DNA of 63,668 bases, filler included, from Octopus bimaculoides (GCF_001194135.2; 9 parts of 8 records of this genome joined end to end with filler, not necessarily neighbours in it); one strand, 5' to 3'; positions 11,945-26,438 are shown, counted from the whole stretch's first letter. A program made the numbers and translations. The notes: generated from the sequence alone by a model not told the origin.

Positions 11945-12913
11945 CCTCTCAGGGCCGTTCAACATCATGCGCTCGGTTCGGTAAGGTTTTTCCCCTCTTG
12001 TCTCTCTTGTACGTACTGACTTTCGAGCCACTACTACACAAACTGGAGGCGTTGAGAGGCATCCCACGTGACCTAGAATGTGAGAAATACATGGTGGCAT
12101 ATCCCAACGACGTTACCAGGGTGGTGTCGGATGATAAACATATAGAAATGATCGGCATCGCTCTCAGGGGCTACGAGGCGGTTTCCAGGAGCAACAATTA
12201 AACAGAAAAAAATCAGTGGGTTTGCGGCTCGGCACCTGGAGAAGCGTGTCCATGCTGTCCAGCTGCGTCGTTGGGCGCTGGACAGGGTCTGGTTTGGTCC
12301 GGACCTCAATATGGACAAAAACTGGGACGAAGTAACGAGCAGAGTCACTACTCTCACTCAGAAATGGGCCGAGAGAAAATATCCCTTAAAGATCGGGCAG
12401 AGGTGGCTAACACGTATATTGCGTCCGCTATCTACTATCGCTTGACCGTCGTGCCTTGTCCTGGCCACAGTCTATTTACACTGGAGCGTATCCTCTTCCG
12501 CTCCTTATAGAAGGGACGCGTCCTGATGGTCAGGAGGTCTGTCTACTGTCAGCACCCACTGCGTGGTGGCCTGGGCATGCCGTGGTTGATGATGCGCAGA
12601 CATGCGCTGAGGCTACGACATCGCCAGTGCTTCCTTGAACAGGTGTAGTCGCCGTTCGCCTGACACGTATTTCTGAAGCTAGTTGCTTTATCGAAGATGC
12701 AGTCCTGGGTAAAACAGAGACCGAAGGGAGCATTTGGAAAGTGGAATGTCTTCATGTGCTCACAGCCGTCAGCCAATCGGACAGTGAGATTGGTGGAACG
12801 TCCAATTTAGCATTTTATAGGGAATTAGTGGAAGAAATGTGCGACGACGTCCTTGAGGAGATCTTGGGCGTCGAAGAAGGTCCGCTAGTCGCTCTTTTCC
12901 GGAGAACTTATGG
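11945..12913 (+). mobile_element. Tx1/L1-group non-LTR retrotransposon, RT fragment
   Basis: PLLSLLYVLTFEPLLHKL...AYPNDVT (YADD-like)...KSVGLRLGTW...ISLKDRAEVANTYIASAIYYRLTVVPCP...LERILFR...GGLGMPWL. Confidence 0.85.
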
Positions 12914-13265
12914 NNNNNNNNNNNNNNNNNNNNNNNNNNNNNNNNNNNNNNNNNNNNNNNNNNNNNNNNNNNNNNNNNNNNNNNNNNNNNNNNNNNNNNN
13001 NNNNNNNNNNNNNNNNNNNNNNNNNNNNNNNNNNNNNNNNNNNNNNNNNNNNNNNNNNNNNNNNNNNNNNNNNNNNNNNNNNNNNNNNNNNNNNNNNNNN
13101 NNNNNNNNNNNNNNNNNNNNNNNNNNNNNNNNNNNNNNNNNNNNNNNNNNNNNNNNNNNNNNNNNNNNNNNNNNNNNNNNNNNNNNNNNNNNNNNNNNNN
13201 NNNNNNNNNNNNNNNNNNNNNNNNNNNNNNNNNNNNNNNNNNNNNNNNNNNNNNNNNNNNNNNNC

Positions 13266-15230
13266 TATGCGTCACCCCTCCGATACGTCTTTTCTCATTT
13301 CTGTTTTGCCCTTTGTTGTGTGCTGTTCAGATTTTCAGATTCATCGATTTTATAATTTCATCATTTATTAATCTTAAGGCGTAATTGTTTTTTTTCTTTT
13401 AGGAAGCCTTTGAGATCATTAAATCGGATTTGATGTATTTTTGGATCGATTACTATAGTACAAATACGTCTTACCATACTGTATGGAATGTTCCTTTTGA
13501 TATGTGAGGGATGGCAAGAGTAAAAATCCAAGTATTGGTGCGTGTCCATTTTTTTTTGTAAAATATGTCTGTTGTGACTGTGGATTCGTGTATTTTTATG
13601 TGAATATCTAGGAATGGTAATTCATTATAACCGTTTTCTGTTGTGAATTTGATAGATGGGCGAAGTGTGTTGAAGATGTTATTAAGTATATGTAGATCAT
13701 TATTTGATCTGTTTGAAAAAATGAAGCAGTCATCGAGGAAGCGCTTCCACTTTTCAATGACGTATTTATTGAAATTATGATTAAAAACTTTCTCTACTTT
13801 TTCGTTGAGCTTTTCTTCTAAGACAACTATGACTAGGTTAGCATATGAGGGTGCAAATCTCGTCCTCATAGCCATGCCAATTACCTGTCGAGATATTTTA
13901 TTATCGAATCTAAAGGCGTTCTCTTCTATTACCAGGCGTCTAGCCTTAGTAACGAAGTCTGTTTTGAAGCGTTTGTCTATCCATCCTCTGTGTTATTCTC
14001 GCTAATGTTTGATTGCTTCCAGGGCCAAAGTGTGAGATATATTAGTATAAATGTTAGTGACACCAAGGCTTGTAAATATAGTAACTTCTGGGTCAGTGAG
14101 TGGAATGTGTTTGAGGAAATCCATTTCGATTCGTATACAATTGGATATATCAATAGTCATAAAGGTTTGAGGAGTGTATCCAAAAGATGACTCAGTTGTT
14201 GTGCTGGCGCTTGAGGCCCAGCAACTATTGGTCTCAATTTGAAGGTAGTAGGTCTTAGCATTTTTATGTATTGGCTCTTCTGTTCGTTTATGGTTCTCTG
14301 TATTTCAGAGATTTGTGGATCCTAGGCAAAATTCTGGAAATTGTTCACTTTGATTACACAGTTGCAGAAATAGTCTTTTTCCTTGTCTGTGAAAAAATCT
14401 TGGTATACGTTAATTAACGTTCTGATTCTATTCACTAATGCTTGTACCGGGTGTCTTAATTCTTTCTGATAGTAGGTTTGGTCTGTTAGAATTTCCAATA
14501 TTTCATCTTTATAGTCGTCTTTGTCCACAAATACTATCGACCCACCCCTGCTAGCTTCTTTTAGGATGATTGAATTGTAATTCTTCTGTCTTTGTAAAGC
14601 TTCCTTTTCTTCTTCATGAATGTTCTGTTTGCATTTTCTGAGAGAAAATTTAGAGACTGTGTCCATATATATGTCTAAATGTTTGTCATTCTCCTTGTAA
14701 GGGGGTAAAGGGAGATTAATTTCTGACAATTGATTCGCCATCTTTAATTCTTACTGCCAAAGATTTCTATAAGACGGCGGTGACGGTTAGAATGCTCAAT
14801 ATCAGATTTTAGTTCTATGAGATTATGTGGGGGGTGGGGAGGGATGTCAGGATACATTTGAAACCTTTCAATAGACAACTCATCTAATTTTTGCTGAAGT
14901 TTCTATTTCACAAATTTACGATTTTAGGGTCTATGCTTTGTGTACTCATTAAAAAATTCCTTTACGTCGGATCCGGGGCGCGATTGTGGTATTTTCTCTC
15001 TAAAAAAGGAGTTGTATTATTGTGTCTCCATTTTATGGCTCTGGGGTTCTGGTTTCCTCGTAGGTGAGGGAACGGTTCATGCTCTGTGTGTGTGTGTATT
15101 TTGTTGTCTATAGGGTCTGTCTTCGTCCCATCTTCCATGTTTGTTAGGCGATTCGAGATGTTAAAGTCTGTTGGTCGCAAATCGTAGGTTTCTCAAGTTT
15201 TCATAATGATTATTTATATAACAGAAACCA
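13266..15230 (-). mobile_element. Penelope-like element, degraded RT ORF
   Basis: LLKGFKC, EEKEALQ...IILKEASRGGSIV.VDKDDY, RPIVAGP, GMAMRTRFAPSYANL, WKRFLDDCFIF, ELPFLDI, QYLDFYSCHPSHIKRNIPYS; GIY-YIG domain not seen (gap or truncation). Confidence 0.9.
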
Positions 15231-15435
15231 TGATAGAACTTGCTTTATTTTACACAAAAAAAAGTTATCATTACTATGTTGAACAATGCTTCATCCCAAC
15301 TATACTCTAATATGTGTGTGTGTGTGTGTGTGTGTNNNNNNNNNNNNNNNNNNNNNNNNNNNNNNNNNNNNNNNNNNNNNNNNNNNNNNNNNNNNNNNNN
15401 NNNNNNNNNNNNNNNNNNNNNNNNNNNNNNNNNNN

Positions 15436-17043
15436 TAGGAGGGGCATCTTCCAAGAAGTCTGTCTGTCCCCACTGATCTTTGTACTGTGCTTGATACTGA
15501 GGAAAACAAAAGCTGGGTATATATTCAAAAGACGCCAACAAAAAGTCAACCATTTGTTTTTTATGGATGATCTCAAACGTTATGATAAAGACGAAGCCTA
15601 AGTCAGTTCCCTCGTTGATACAGTGTATACTTTCAGTGCTGATATCAGAATGGAGTTCGGACTGAGAAAGTGTGATGTGTCAGACTTGAAGAGAGGCAAA
15701 ATCAAATGTATGGACAGGATAACGATACCGTCGGGTGAGGTTATAAAGTAGATAGAAGAGACAGGCTATATGTACTTGGGGATATTGGAAATGGATAAAT
15801 TGATGGAGAAAGAAATGACGGAAAAATTTAAGGTGGAGTACTTGCGCAGACTGAGTCTGATCCTCAAGTCGAAATTAAATGGACGGAATAAGATCGAAGC
15901 TATCTAACCTGGGCGGTTTCACTCCTTAGATATGGAGCAGAGGTAATCGCATGGACAGTAGACGAACTAAACAAATACAAGGAAGTTGTTAACTAGATAT
16001 GGGACACTCCACCCAACAAGTGACACAGACAGACTGTATGTACAAAAAAAAAAAAAAAAGAGGGGAAGAGGACTTATTATTAAATGTGAACACAGCATTA
16101 GAGCAGAAGAAAACAACATAGCATCGTATGTAAAAAAATTCCACAGAACCGCTATTATTAAAAGTAAGAAGGTCAGGCTTGTGTAGGATGAAAGATTGCA
16201 AAGATAAAGCACTATACAAGAAATTGAAAACGAATGAAAGTGAAAATAGGTGGGTAAAGAAAAGAATGCATGGTCAATTTCATAGGGATGTTGAAGATAA
16301 GACAGACAGAGAAAAAGGATGGCTGCAGATGACTAAAAGTGATTGAAAACCGGAAACGGAAGCTCTAGTCTGTGCTGCCAAAGAGCAAGCACTAAGAACA
16401 AACAACATAAAATACAGAATAGACAACAGAACAGAAATTGATAAGTGAAGAATCTGTGGACAAAATGGTGAAACCGTATGGCATATTACCAGCCAATGTG
16501 CACCACTATCTCAGAAGGAATATAAGTGACGCCACGACAATATAGCAAGGATTGTCCATTGGACACTCTGCAACAAGTATGGACTTGACCGAGCAAAGAA
16601 TTAGTACGACCACAAACCTGAAGGCATCGTCGAAAACAGAAATGCAAAGATCCTGTGAGATTTTATGATTCAGTGTGACCACATGATAGAGAATAGGAAG
16701 TTGGACATAGTCTTAATTGAGAAAGAAAACAAACTATGCTGGATCATAGATAGAGCATGCCCAGCTGACAACAAGGTATGCGATAAGGAAGAAAGAAAAG
16801 TCGAGAGATATGACAGGTTAGCTTGGGAAGTTAAGCAGTTGTGATAAATGAAACAGGTAGCAGTAGTACCAATAATTGCCGGAGCCCTGGGAACAGTGAG
16901 TAAAACTTGCAGAAAACAGCACTGTTTGGAACGGCTCGAATACTCCAGAAGGTGCTCGAAAAATAAGAGGTGTTACCTTAGTTCACTGGTAGTGAACAGC
17001 TGACACTGTAGTACATCTCTAGTGTTAGAAACTGTGCAAAGGC

Positions 17044-17121
<78 letters not shown>

Positions 17122-17123
17122 TA
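15436..17123 (+). mobile_element. Degraded R4/Dong-like RLE retrotransposon (second lineage) with (AAC)n(AAT)n tail
   Basis: RGIFQEVCLSPLIF, VNHLFFMDDLK, YLGILE, RICGQNGETVWHITSQC, RHD (16530-16538), KIL.DFMIQ, DIVLIEK, VVPIIAGALGTV; tail 17043-17123. Confidence 0.92.
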
Positions 17124-17138
17124 TAACAAACAATCTAC

Positions 17139-17487
17139 CTTTGAATGGCGGGATCCAGTCATTAAAATCGGAACTTGGTTTTATGTCGTAATAAATATCG
17201 AAAAAACCCCAGTCACTGGTGTACATGAATCCATTGTCCCCTAGAAGGACTATTTTCCTTAGGGCACTTGTAGAATATTCTGAAATCTCTTTGAGTATCG
17301 CATTTGATCTGTCATCGATGAGTACCATGAAAACTCCTTTAGCCGGATTAAATTCCATGTAACTGAGACTCGGCTGGATTAATGAGTCTTTTATGTAGTT
17401 TATTTTATATCTCAAGCGGTCGAAAATCATGTTGTTGAATGATATTAGAATTTCGGATGGTCTCCAGTATTCCAGGGCCCATAGCAG
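17139..17487 (-). CDS. Internal coding exon (349 nt, phase 0 to 1) of an unidentified gene
   Basis: Acceptor TTTTTTTCTGTTTCCTCTCCCCACAG| and donor AAG|GTAGAT; 116 open codons LLWALEYWRPSEIL...KGVFMVLIDD...RKIVLLGDNGF...DWIPPFK; no repeat similarity noticed. Confidence 0.8.
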
Positions 17488-17559
17488 CTGTGGGGAGAGG
17501 AAACAGAAAAAAAAGGATAGAAAGGTTGAAAAATCCATAATAAATACATAGAAAGAAAC

Positions 17560-17835
17560 AGACATGGCTGTGTGGTTAAGAAGCTGATTTTGCAACCATA
17601 TGGTTTCAGGTTCAGTTCCACTGTATGTTACCTTGGGCAAGTGTCTTTTACTATAGCCCACAGTTAACCAATACCTTGAAAGTGTATTTGGTGTATGGAA
17701 ACTTTGTGGAAGCTTATCATATGTGTATGTGTGTGTGTGTGTCCCACCACGTTACAACCGGTGTGGGTTTGTTCACATCCCTCTAACTTAGTGGTTTGGC
17801 AATAAACCCCGATAAGATAAATACCAGACTTAAAC
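17560..17835 (+). mobile_element. SINE family C (tRNA head, CORE-like segment, internal microsatellite)
   Basis: TGGCTGTGTGGTTAAG...GGTTCAGTTCCACTG...CCTTGGGCAAGTGTCTT. Confidence 0.8.
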
Positions 17836-18494
17836 AAGCAGAAGATATGATATTTATGTATGCGTGTGCGTGTGCGTGCGTGTGTGTGTGTGTTAGATAA
17901 GATGAGACAACAAAGCCAAGGCTGTGTGGAATTTTCAGGACATTTATAAAGATAAAGTTAGTCTTACAGCTGTTTCTGGGATAGTAAAGATATCCCTTCA
18001 TCAGAGACGATGTGATATGGTTAAATAGAGGGAAATAGTAGTGTTCAACATAAGGAGATATTTTGGAAAAGGATGGAAATAAGAAGTATAAAGGGAAATA
18101 ATAGAATAAAGTAAAAATAAAAATATATGCAGGATGTTATAGTGGCAGTTCCATTATTTAAAGGGGTGTGTTGAAGTGGTAGAAATGCTTCTTGTCAACT
18201 GTATGTAAATTCCGATAGCAGTTCATATTTTGTCATTACAAATGGAAAGTGTGAAGACGTAGATTTCATGTGCTGTTCATTCAAAGGGCTCTTGTGGTGT
18301 GAATGAAATTTTGAGAATGTAGTGGTAGTATTAAGTGGGGAGGAGAGAAAAGATGTGTATGTTAAAATGAGGAGAATGGTCAAAATGAATAGGGGAGAAA
18401 AGAAGAAAGAAAGAGGAAGAGAAAATGAAAAAAGGAGTGTTAGCTGGTTGTATGTATATACATATATATGTGTGTATATATATGTATATATATA

Positions 18495-18527
<33 letters not shown>

Positions 18528-21297
18528 GTATCTATTTATATATATATATATATAAATATATATATATATTTATATATGTATATGTATTTATATATATCTA
18601 TGTCTCTATGTATGCATGTACATATATATTTGTATATATGTATATATATATGTATATGTATATATATATATATNNNNNNNNNNNNNNNNNNNNNNNNNNN
18701 NNNNNNNNNNNNNNNNNTTAATTAATTAANNNNNNNNNNNNNNNNNNNNNNNNNNNNNNNNNNNNNNNNNNNNTATGTATGTATGTGTGTGTATGTATGT
18801 ATATGCATATGTATCTATCTATGAATATGTATATGTATATATATATGTATATATATACGTACACATATGCATATATACATACATATACATATGCGTATAA
18901 CCAAAGTTCTTAAAATTTGTTTTCAGATTAAAACTGTTGCTATGATCAGCGCATATACTTCTTATATAGTGCATTTTAACCAGCTTAGAATTTCGTCAGC
19001 ATTTCAGTATCGATATTCTTTCAGTTTAGCCATACTAGCAAATTATTTAAATCTCTTAACGTGCTGACGGGAAAATAGCGCTATTCTTAAAGTACACAAA
19101 CACAAAAAATGTATTGTGACAGTCACACCCACAGTACGAATAAAATGTGGTTACTCAAGGGAGATCTGGTGCTAAGCGATAATAAGGGAAGCAAAATTTC
19201 CAATATTTGTTTGATGGTAATTTTACTACTTGCTTTATTTCAGCAAAGGCTATCTGTCACAGCTACAAAATACCACGCAATAAAGCTTGAATTACCCTAT
19301 CTTTGATTTTTGTTTAAAGCCATTATAATCATTAGGTTAATATAACTTGTCAAAGTGAAAAACGTTTCATTTAACGCTAATAAAATCATTTGCGTTTCCG
19401 AACAACTTTAAAGGAATGTGAAGAAGTTTAAGCTCAGTCACTATGAACTAACATATCATTCATGCGGAAGTGAGATTTCAAAATGAAAATTATAGAAACG
19501 AACTGAGAATACCAAAGAAAATAAACATTCTAAATTACAGACAGTTGCTAATAATTAGTTCACTTAATTATAGACTTTTTTAATATGAGCCCTAATATAC
19601 ATTAGTCGAATAATTGGTCAGATATGCATACATAATATTTATGCACATGATCATAAATTACGTTATTATCGGAGTTTGGTACAACGCTACGTTCTTTCTT
19701 CCTTGAATATCAATAGCAAGTGGAAATGATTAGTATGATGATACTCTAGGATATGTATGCATTATCTAGCTAGGTTAGGCTGAATCATTCTGCTCATTAT
19801 TTTTATGTTAATATACGTTAAACATAACATCACTATAAATGTATCATTTTTAAAGTTGACACGTTGTCGAATGTAAACAACGATATTATTGTTAAACTGT
19901 TCTTAGCAATCATTTAAATATATATATATATATATANNNNNNNNNNNNNNNNNNNNNNNNNNNNNNNNNNNNNNNNNNNNNNNNNNNNNNNNNNNNNNNN
20001 NNNNNNNNNNNNNNNNNNNNNNNNNNNNNNNNNNNNNNNNNNNNNNNNNNNNNNNNNNNNNNNNNNNNNNNNNNNNNNNNNNNNNNNNNNNNNNNNNNNN
20101 NNNNNNNNNNNNNNNNNNNNNNNNNNNNNNNNNNNNNNNNNNNNNNNNNNNNNNNNNNNNNNNNNNNNNNNNNNNNNNNNNNNNNNNNNNNNNNNNNNNN
20201 GATACATACATGTATACACACATGCATATATATGTATATGTATGTATATATATTAATAATTTAGAGAAAAACCACCAAGTAATAATCATTTAATAGTTTA
20301 TTATGAAATGAGTTAAAAAGTAATATAAGAATGTATCAAGAATCAAAACGTGAAGTTGAGAAAAAAACGAATTATGGATTTAATGTGTGAAACAAAGTTG
20401 GCGTGAAGCAATATGGTGGTGTATTTTATGTGTTATATAAAATTGTAAAAAATTTTATTTTTTATTTTGTTTGTGGTTACTAAGTGATATTTCCTATTTG
20501 CTTCTATGGAGATAAAAAAGGATATTATTACTATTCCCTTCAAACATTGCTTTTCTTAATTGTACATCAGTGTTTTGAAACTGAAATAGTTTCCATTACA
20601 TTTCGTATAGAGTCAGCATTGAGATGCTGAAACAGAAATATCTGTATAGCAAATATTCTGCTTAGTACAGCAGATTTGCTTGTGAGTTTCTTGCGTTTAA
20701 CGACTTGATCCTTAGAGGCTAACAATAAATTGATGTCTGATCTTGAGCTGGAGTAGTGGAGGAACGGCATAGCTTTGGAGTTTGAAGAAATGAAACAAAA
20801 TGAAATTTTGAAGGTAATAGGCATTTTTATACTTTCAAGTGCTAAAGGAATGGGAAATCACATTTGCTACCGAAGGACAAAAATCATGATCCGCAGTGTA
20901 GTTGATAACGTTTCACATATCTTTAGATATACGAAACAATCATATAACTATTGCTGATGGAAAACAATTATTAAAAATTACATCACAGTAAGGGTTCATC
21001 ATCATAGACGACTCAAATAATATTGACCTTAAAGTCTACCTCTTACGTGACAACTCGCTGAAATGGAAAATTCTTCGGGTAGCAGAACCGAGCATATAGA
21101 TTATGAAATTTAATTTTGAACTCACTCGACATATCAAGCACGCAAAAAAATGCATCAAATTATATTTTATGATGCGTCCACAATCTGAAATTGAAAGATC
21201 AGTATTCTTCAGTGTTGGATCTACAGTAGCTCAAAATCTAAACTTTGTGAGAATATATGCACACGATCAAATACTATCTATTGCAAAACATTATTAT

Positions 21298-21354
<57 letters not shown>

Positions 21355-21466
21355 NNNNNNNNNNNNNNNNNNNNNNNNNNNNNNNNNNNNNNNNNNNNTT
21401 AATTAATTAANNNNNNNNNNNNNNNNNNNNNNNNNNNNNNNNNNNNNNNNNNNNGTGTGTGAGTGT

Positions 21467-21505
<39 letters not shown>

Positions 21506-21561
21506 AAACATACTCGTTTAAGACTAGGAAAGTAACAATTTCAAAGAACTTAACGCAACAC

Positions 21562-21610
<49 letters not shown>

Positions 21611-23094
21611 TATATTATATGTATATATTATGAATGTATATGTGTGTAAAAGAATAAAAGTATGAAGAAAGTATATGCACACATGCATACATGTATACAT
21701 ACATACTCATGCATACATACAAACATACGTACACACAAGCGTACATGCATATTGATACATACATACAAACATACGTACGTACATACATACATACATACAT
21801 ACATACATACATACATACATACATACATACATACGTATATACATACAGACAGGCTGACTGACTGACAGACAGACGTGCATACACAGATATGAAATAGAAT
21901 ACAAATTACATCTTCCGTACATTCTCTATAACAAATATGGCGGCTTACTCATTCAACACATTGAAATATTCGTCCGTAATTCGATTACGATAATGACTTT
22001 GTATAGTCGTCACTGCAACCATTTAAATTGTCACGTCTAATGTTTCAACCCCTAGCTGTCTTCTCTCTCTTTCTCCCCCAACTCACACCTTTCAAACCCC
22101 TGCCCCCGTATGCTCTCTCGCTATCTCTCTCTCTCTCCCCCCTCTCTCATTGTTAGCTTCGTTTTAACGTTCATGGGTCTAAATAATACATACAACTCTA
22201 TAAAAGGTTATTGAGGAAATGACGAAAATAAAATGAATTGAACTGAAGGAGTAGTAACTTTGACATTTTGGATTTTGCACTTGGAAGGGGAGAAAAAAAA
22301 ATTACGGTGTAAAAGTGTCGCAGTCGTATCAGTGGCAGTGTCCCAGCCAGTGAGCTTTCGACAATCACCAACCAACGGTGCTGCACTGAAGATTCCCTTA
22401 TCAAGGGTACATTTGTCACAATTGACAAGTGCATTACCCCCAGCTCAGGCCGAAACAACAGGAGGAAATCTTGTTACCATAGTTAGACCTAAGTAGGGGG
22501 TGAGGTTATTAACTGAGGATATTTTTCTTTTGTTTTTTATTTTTTNNNNNNNNNNNNNNNNNNNNNNNNNNNNNNNNNNNNNNNNNNNNNNNNNNNNNNN
22601 NNNNNNNNNNNNNNNNNNNNNNNNNNNNNNNNNNNNNNNNNNNNNNNNNNNNNNNNNNNNNNNNNNNNNNNNNNNNNNNNNNNNNNNNNNNNNNNNNNNN
22701 NNNNNNNNNNNNNNNNNNNNNNNNNNNNNNNNNNNNNNNNNNNNNNNNNNNNNNNNNNNNNNNNNNNNNNNNNNNNNNNNNNNNNNNNNNNNNNNNNNNN
22801 NNNNNNNNNNNNNNNNNNNNNNNNNNNNNNNNNNNNNNNNNNNNNNNNNNNNNNNNNNNNNNNNNNNNNNNNNNNNNNNNNNNNNNNNNNNNNNNNNNNN
22901 NNNNNNNNNNNNNNNNNNNNNNNNNNNNNNNNNNNNNNNNNNNNNNNNNNNNNNNNNNNNNNNNNNNNNNNNNNNNNNNNNNNNNNNNNNNNNNNNNNNN
23001 NNNNNNNNNNNNNNNNNNNNNNNNNNNNNNNNNNNNNNNNNNNNNNNNNNNNNNNNNNNNNNNNNNNNNNNNNNNNNNNNNNNNNNNNNNNNNG

Positions 23095-23358
23095 CTCCGG
23101 CAGGGGATGGTGGCGAACCCTGCTGTACTCTTTCACCACAACTTTCTCTCATTCTTACTTCCTGTTTCTGTTGTGCCTGTAATTCAAAGGGTCAGCCTTG
23201 TCACACTGTGTCACGCTGAATATCCCCCGAGAACTACGTTAAGGGTACACGTGTCTGTGGAGTGCTCAGCCACTTGCACGTTAATTTCACGAGCAGGCTG
23301 TTCCGTTGATCGGATCAACTGGAACCCTCGACGTCGTAAGCGACGGAGTGCCAACAAC
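23095..23358 (+). mobile_element. SINE family B (5' end in gap)
   Basis: Near-identical to 6112-6375. Confidence 0.92.
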
Positions 23359-24624
23359 ATAGTCCATTGGATATAGATATGTTTGGTGGTGTAACAAGAT
23401 TCATCAACGGCCCTGCCAGAAGAACCTCTTAGCAAAGAAACTCTTAACTCCGTCTCTCATTTAATAGTCCACAAGAACCCCAATGAGTAGGAGTTTATTA
23501 TTGGTTTATTTGGCCTAGAATATAGTGAAAGGGTTGTTCTCACAATCTTCACATACACTTCTAGACTATAGCAAATGCCTGGTAGAGCAACTGAAGTTTT
23601 AGGGCGTTTTCGTTATTGTTGTTGTTGACGTTGTTTAGATATTTGAATATGAAGTGGATTGAAGTTGCTATGCGGTCGCCTGACAAGCTAGAANNNNNNN
23701 NNNNNNNNNNNNNNNNNNNNNNNNNNNNNNNNNNNNNTTAATTAATTAANNNNNNNNNNNNNNNNNNNNNNNNNNNNNNNNNNNNNNNNNNNNATATATA
23801 TATATATATATATAATACAAATAATATGTGAATATATGCATATATACGTACATGTATGTACATACCTACATCTACATGTATATATAGATGCATATCTGGG
23901 TACAGGACGTCACAAAAAAACATGGACAAAATGAAAAACAGAACACAAACAGAGCACAGAAAGCAAACAGGCCACATAGAGAATATTTCCTTCATCAGCT
24001 TCCCCTATTCTAAACTAAGCGTTTATATATACAAAAGCACAATTAAAGGTTACAAACCTCATCCAGGGATAGCAAATTCCTATGAAAGTACACATTAATT
24101 GCAGCCGTTTACTCAACATGAAGAAATTGAACACCTATTTTGTACATCTTTAGCTACCTCTGAAGAGATTCGACTTCGAAATAGTTTTTGATCTAATTAA
24201 TTAACTTATTAAGCGTCGGACTTGAAACAACTGTAAGGGATGTTTGTCAATTTTCCAATTAATAAATAATAATTTATTGATTACCTCTCCGTTTTCTCAT
24301 ATATTTATATATATATTTTTGATTTGATTTAGTTTCAGCTCATGAGCTGTGGCAATGCTGAGGCACCGCCATATATAATTGTAGTTACAATTTTTAATAT
24401 TATATATATTTATATTTTTGTTTGTCCCCTGTTATCGCTTGGTAATCGGTGATGTTTTGTTTACACTCGCACGTAATTTAGCTCTCAGATAAAAAGACAC
24501 CGATAGAAAAAAAGAAAAAAAAAATTAAAATAAGTACTGGATTGATTCGTACATCTAAAACAATACATGTCGGTACCCTGGTATGGCTGCAGTCCAATAA
24601 CTGAAACAAGACAAGAATAAGATG

Positions 24625-25340
24625 AAATAAGTAGCTTGCATACCAACCACATGGTTCCATGTTCAATCCCACTGCGTGGCACCTTGGGTAAGTGTCTTCT
24701 ACTATAGCCTCGGGCCGACCGAAGCCTTGTGAGTGGATTTGGTAGACGGAAACTGAAAGAAGCCCGTTGTATATATGTGTATGTACATATATATATATAT
24801 ATATATANNNNNNNNNNNNNNNNNNNNNNNNNNNNNNNNNNNNNNNNNNNNNNNNNNNNNNNNNNNNNNNNNNNNNNNNNNNNNNNNNNNNNNNNNNNNN
24901 NNNNNNNNNNNNNNNNNNNNNNNNNNNNNNNNNNNNNNNNNNNNNNNNNNNNNNNNNNNNNNNNNNNNNNNNNNNNNNNNNNNNNNNNNNNNNNNNNNNN
25001 NNNNNNNNNNNNNNNNNNNNNNNNNNNNNNNNNNNNNNNNNNNNNNNNNNNNNNNNNNNNNNNNNNNNNNNNNNNNNNNNNNNNNNNNNNNNNNNNNNNN
25101 NNNNNNNNNNNNNNNNNNNNNNNTATCTGTATGTGTGTATGTATGTATGTGTGTGTGTGTGTTTGTGTTTGTGTTTGCTTGGCAACTGATGCTGGTGTGT
25201 TTACGTCCCCGTAACATAGCGGTTCAGTAAAGGGAACGATCGAATAAAGGCTTACAAAGAATAGGTCCTGGGGTCGATTTGCTCGACTGAAGGCGGTGCT
25301 TCAGCATGGCCGCAGTCACAGACTGAAACAAGTAAAAGAG
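24625..25340 (+). mobile_element. SINE family C spanning a gap at its internal microsatellite
   Basis: 5' half 24625-24770, (TA)n/gap/(TG)n, 3' half 25185-25340. Confidence 0.85.
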
Positions 25341-26380
25341 TAAATGAGAATAAATCAAATATAAAATATAAATAAAATAAAATAAAATAAAATAAACAAA
25401 TGGAAGCTTTAAGTTTCCGTCATGAGTCAAGACTGTAGTCATGATGTCTGGCTGAAAGACCAATATGCAGGAACTCGAGTTGATTATGATACGAAGTAGC
25501 AGTGGAACTAACAGACAACATTGGCAAAAATCTGACAGACGTGAGATTCAAATCTAATGGCCTCTCGTTTTCAAAGGTCACCTTTATATCTTTATTTTCA
25601 TTTTTTTTTTTTAATTTTATTTCTTTATTTATTTTTGGCTGGGGTGCGAGAGAGGATTGTGTTGGTGGAGTCTCTTCCTAAACTGTAAATATAGTGGAAA
25701 AGTTTATCACGTTTGGTAATCTCAATTGCAACGTATTATTCTCTCTGTCTTTTGTTTTAATTCTATTTTTGTATGATTTTATATTTATTTATATATTTAT
25801 TTATTTATTTATTTATTTTCGGTTGGGTCATCCTCGTTCTATGTGAAAATGATGCTTGAATTAATCTTTGCTTCTTGGGTCGGTCCGTGTGTGCATGCGC
25901 GCGCACGTGTGTGTGTGTGTGTGTGTGTGTCTGTGTGGGAATGCGCGCGCGTGCACGTGTGTGCGCGCGCGTGTATGTGTGTGTGTATATATATGTGTGT
26001 GAGCATTTTGTGTGTGTGTGAGCGTATTGAGTTTGTGCGTGCACGTGTGTGTGTGCAGGTGTGTGCATGTATGAGTATGTGTTTGTGTGTGAGTGAGCGT
26101 TTTATGCGTGTGTGTGTGTGTGTGTATGAATGCTATGTATGTGTATGTTATGTGAGAAAACTGCACCGAGCTATTTGCTTTGTGGTATTGTAACTGATAA
26201 AGTTGCCACCACCACCATCACCACTTACTACTACTACTACTACTACTACAACTACTACTACTACTATTACTAATACTACTNNNNNNNNNNNNNNNNNNNN
26301 NNNNNNNNNNNNNNNNNNNNNNNNTTAATTAATTAANNNNNNNNNNNNNNNNNNNNNNNNNNNNNNNNNNNNNNNNNNNN

Positions 26381-26438
<58 letters not shown>

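Noticed and set aside
20567-22496. Short ORFs at 20567-20824, 20775-20957 and 22198-22496
   Set aside because: No paired splice sites or recognisable motifs; lengths are compatible with chance.
23985-24005. CTGATGA on the minus strand as a hammerhead core
   Set aside because: No helix II/GAAA partner downstream.
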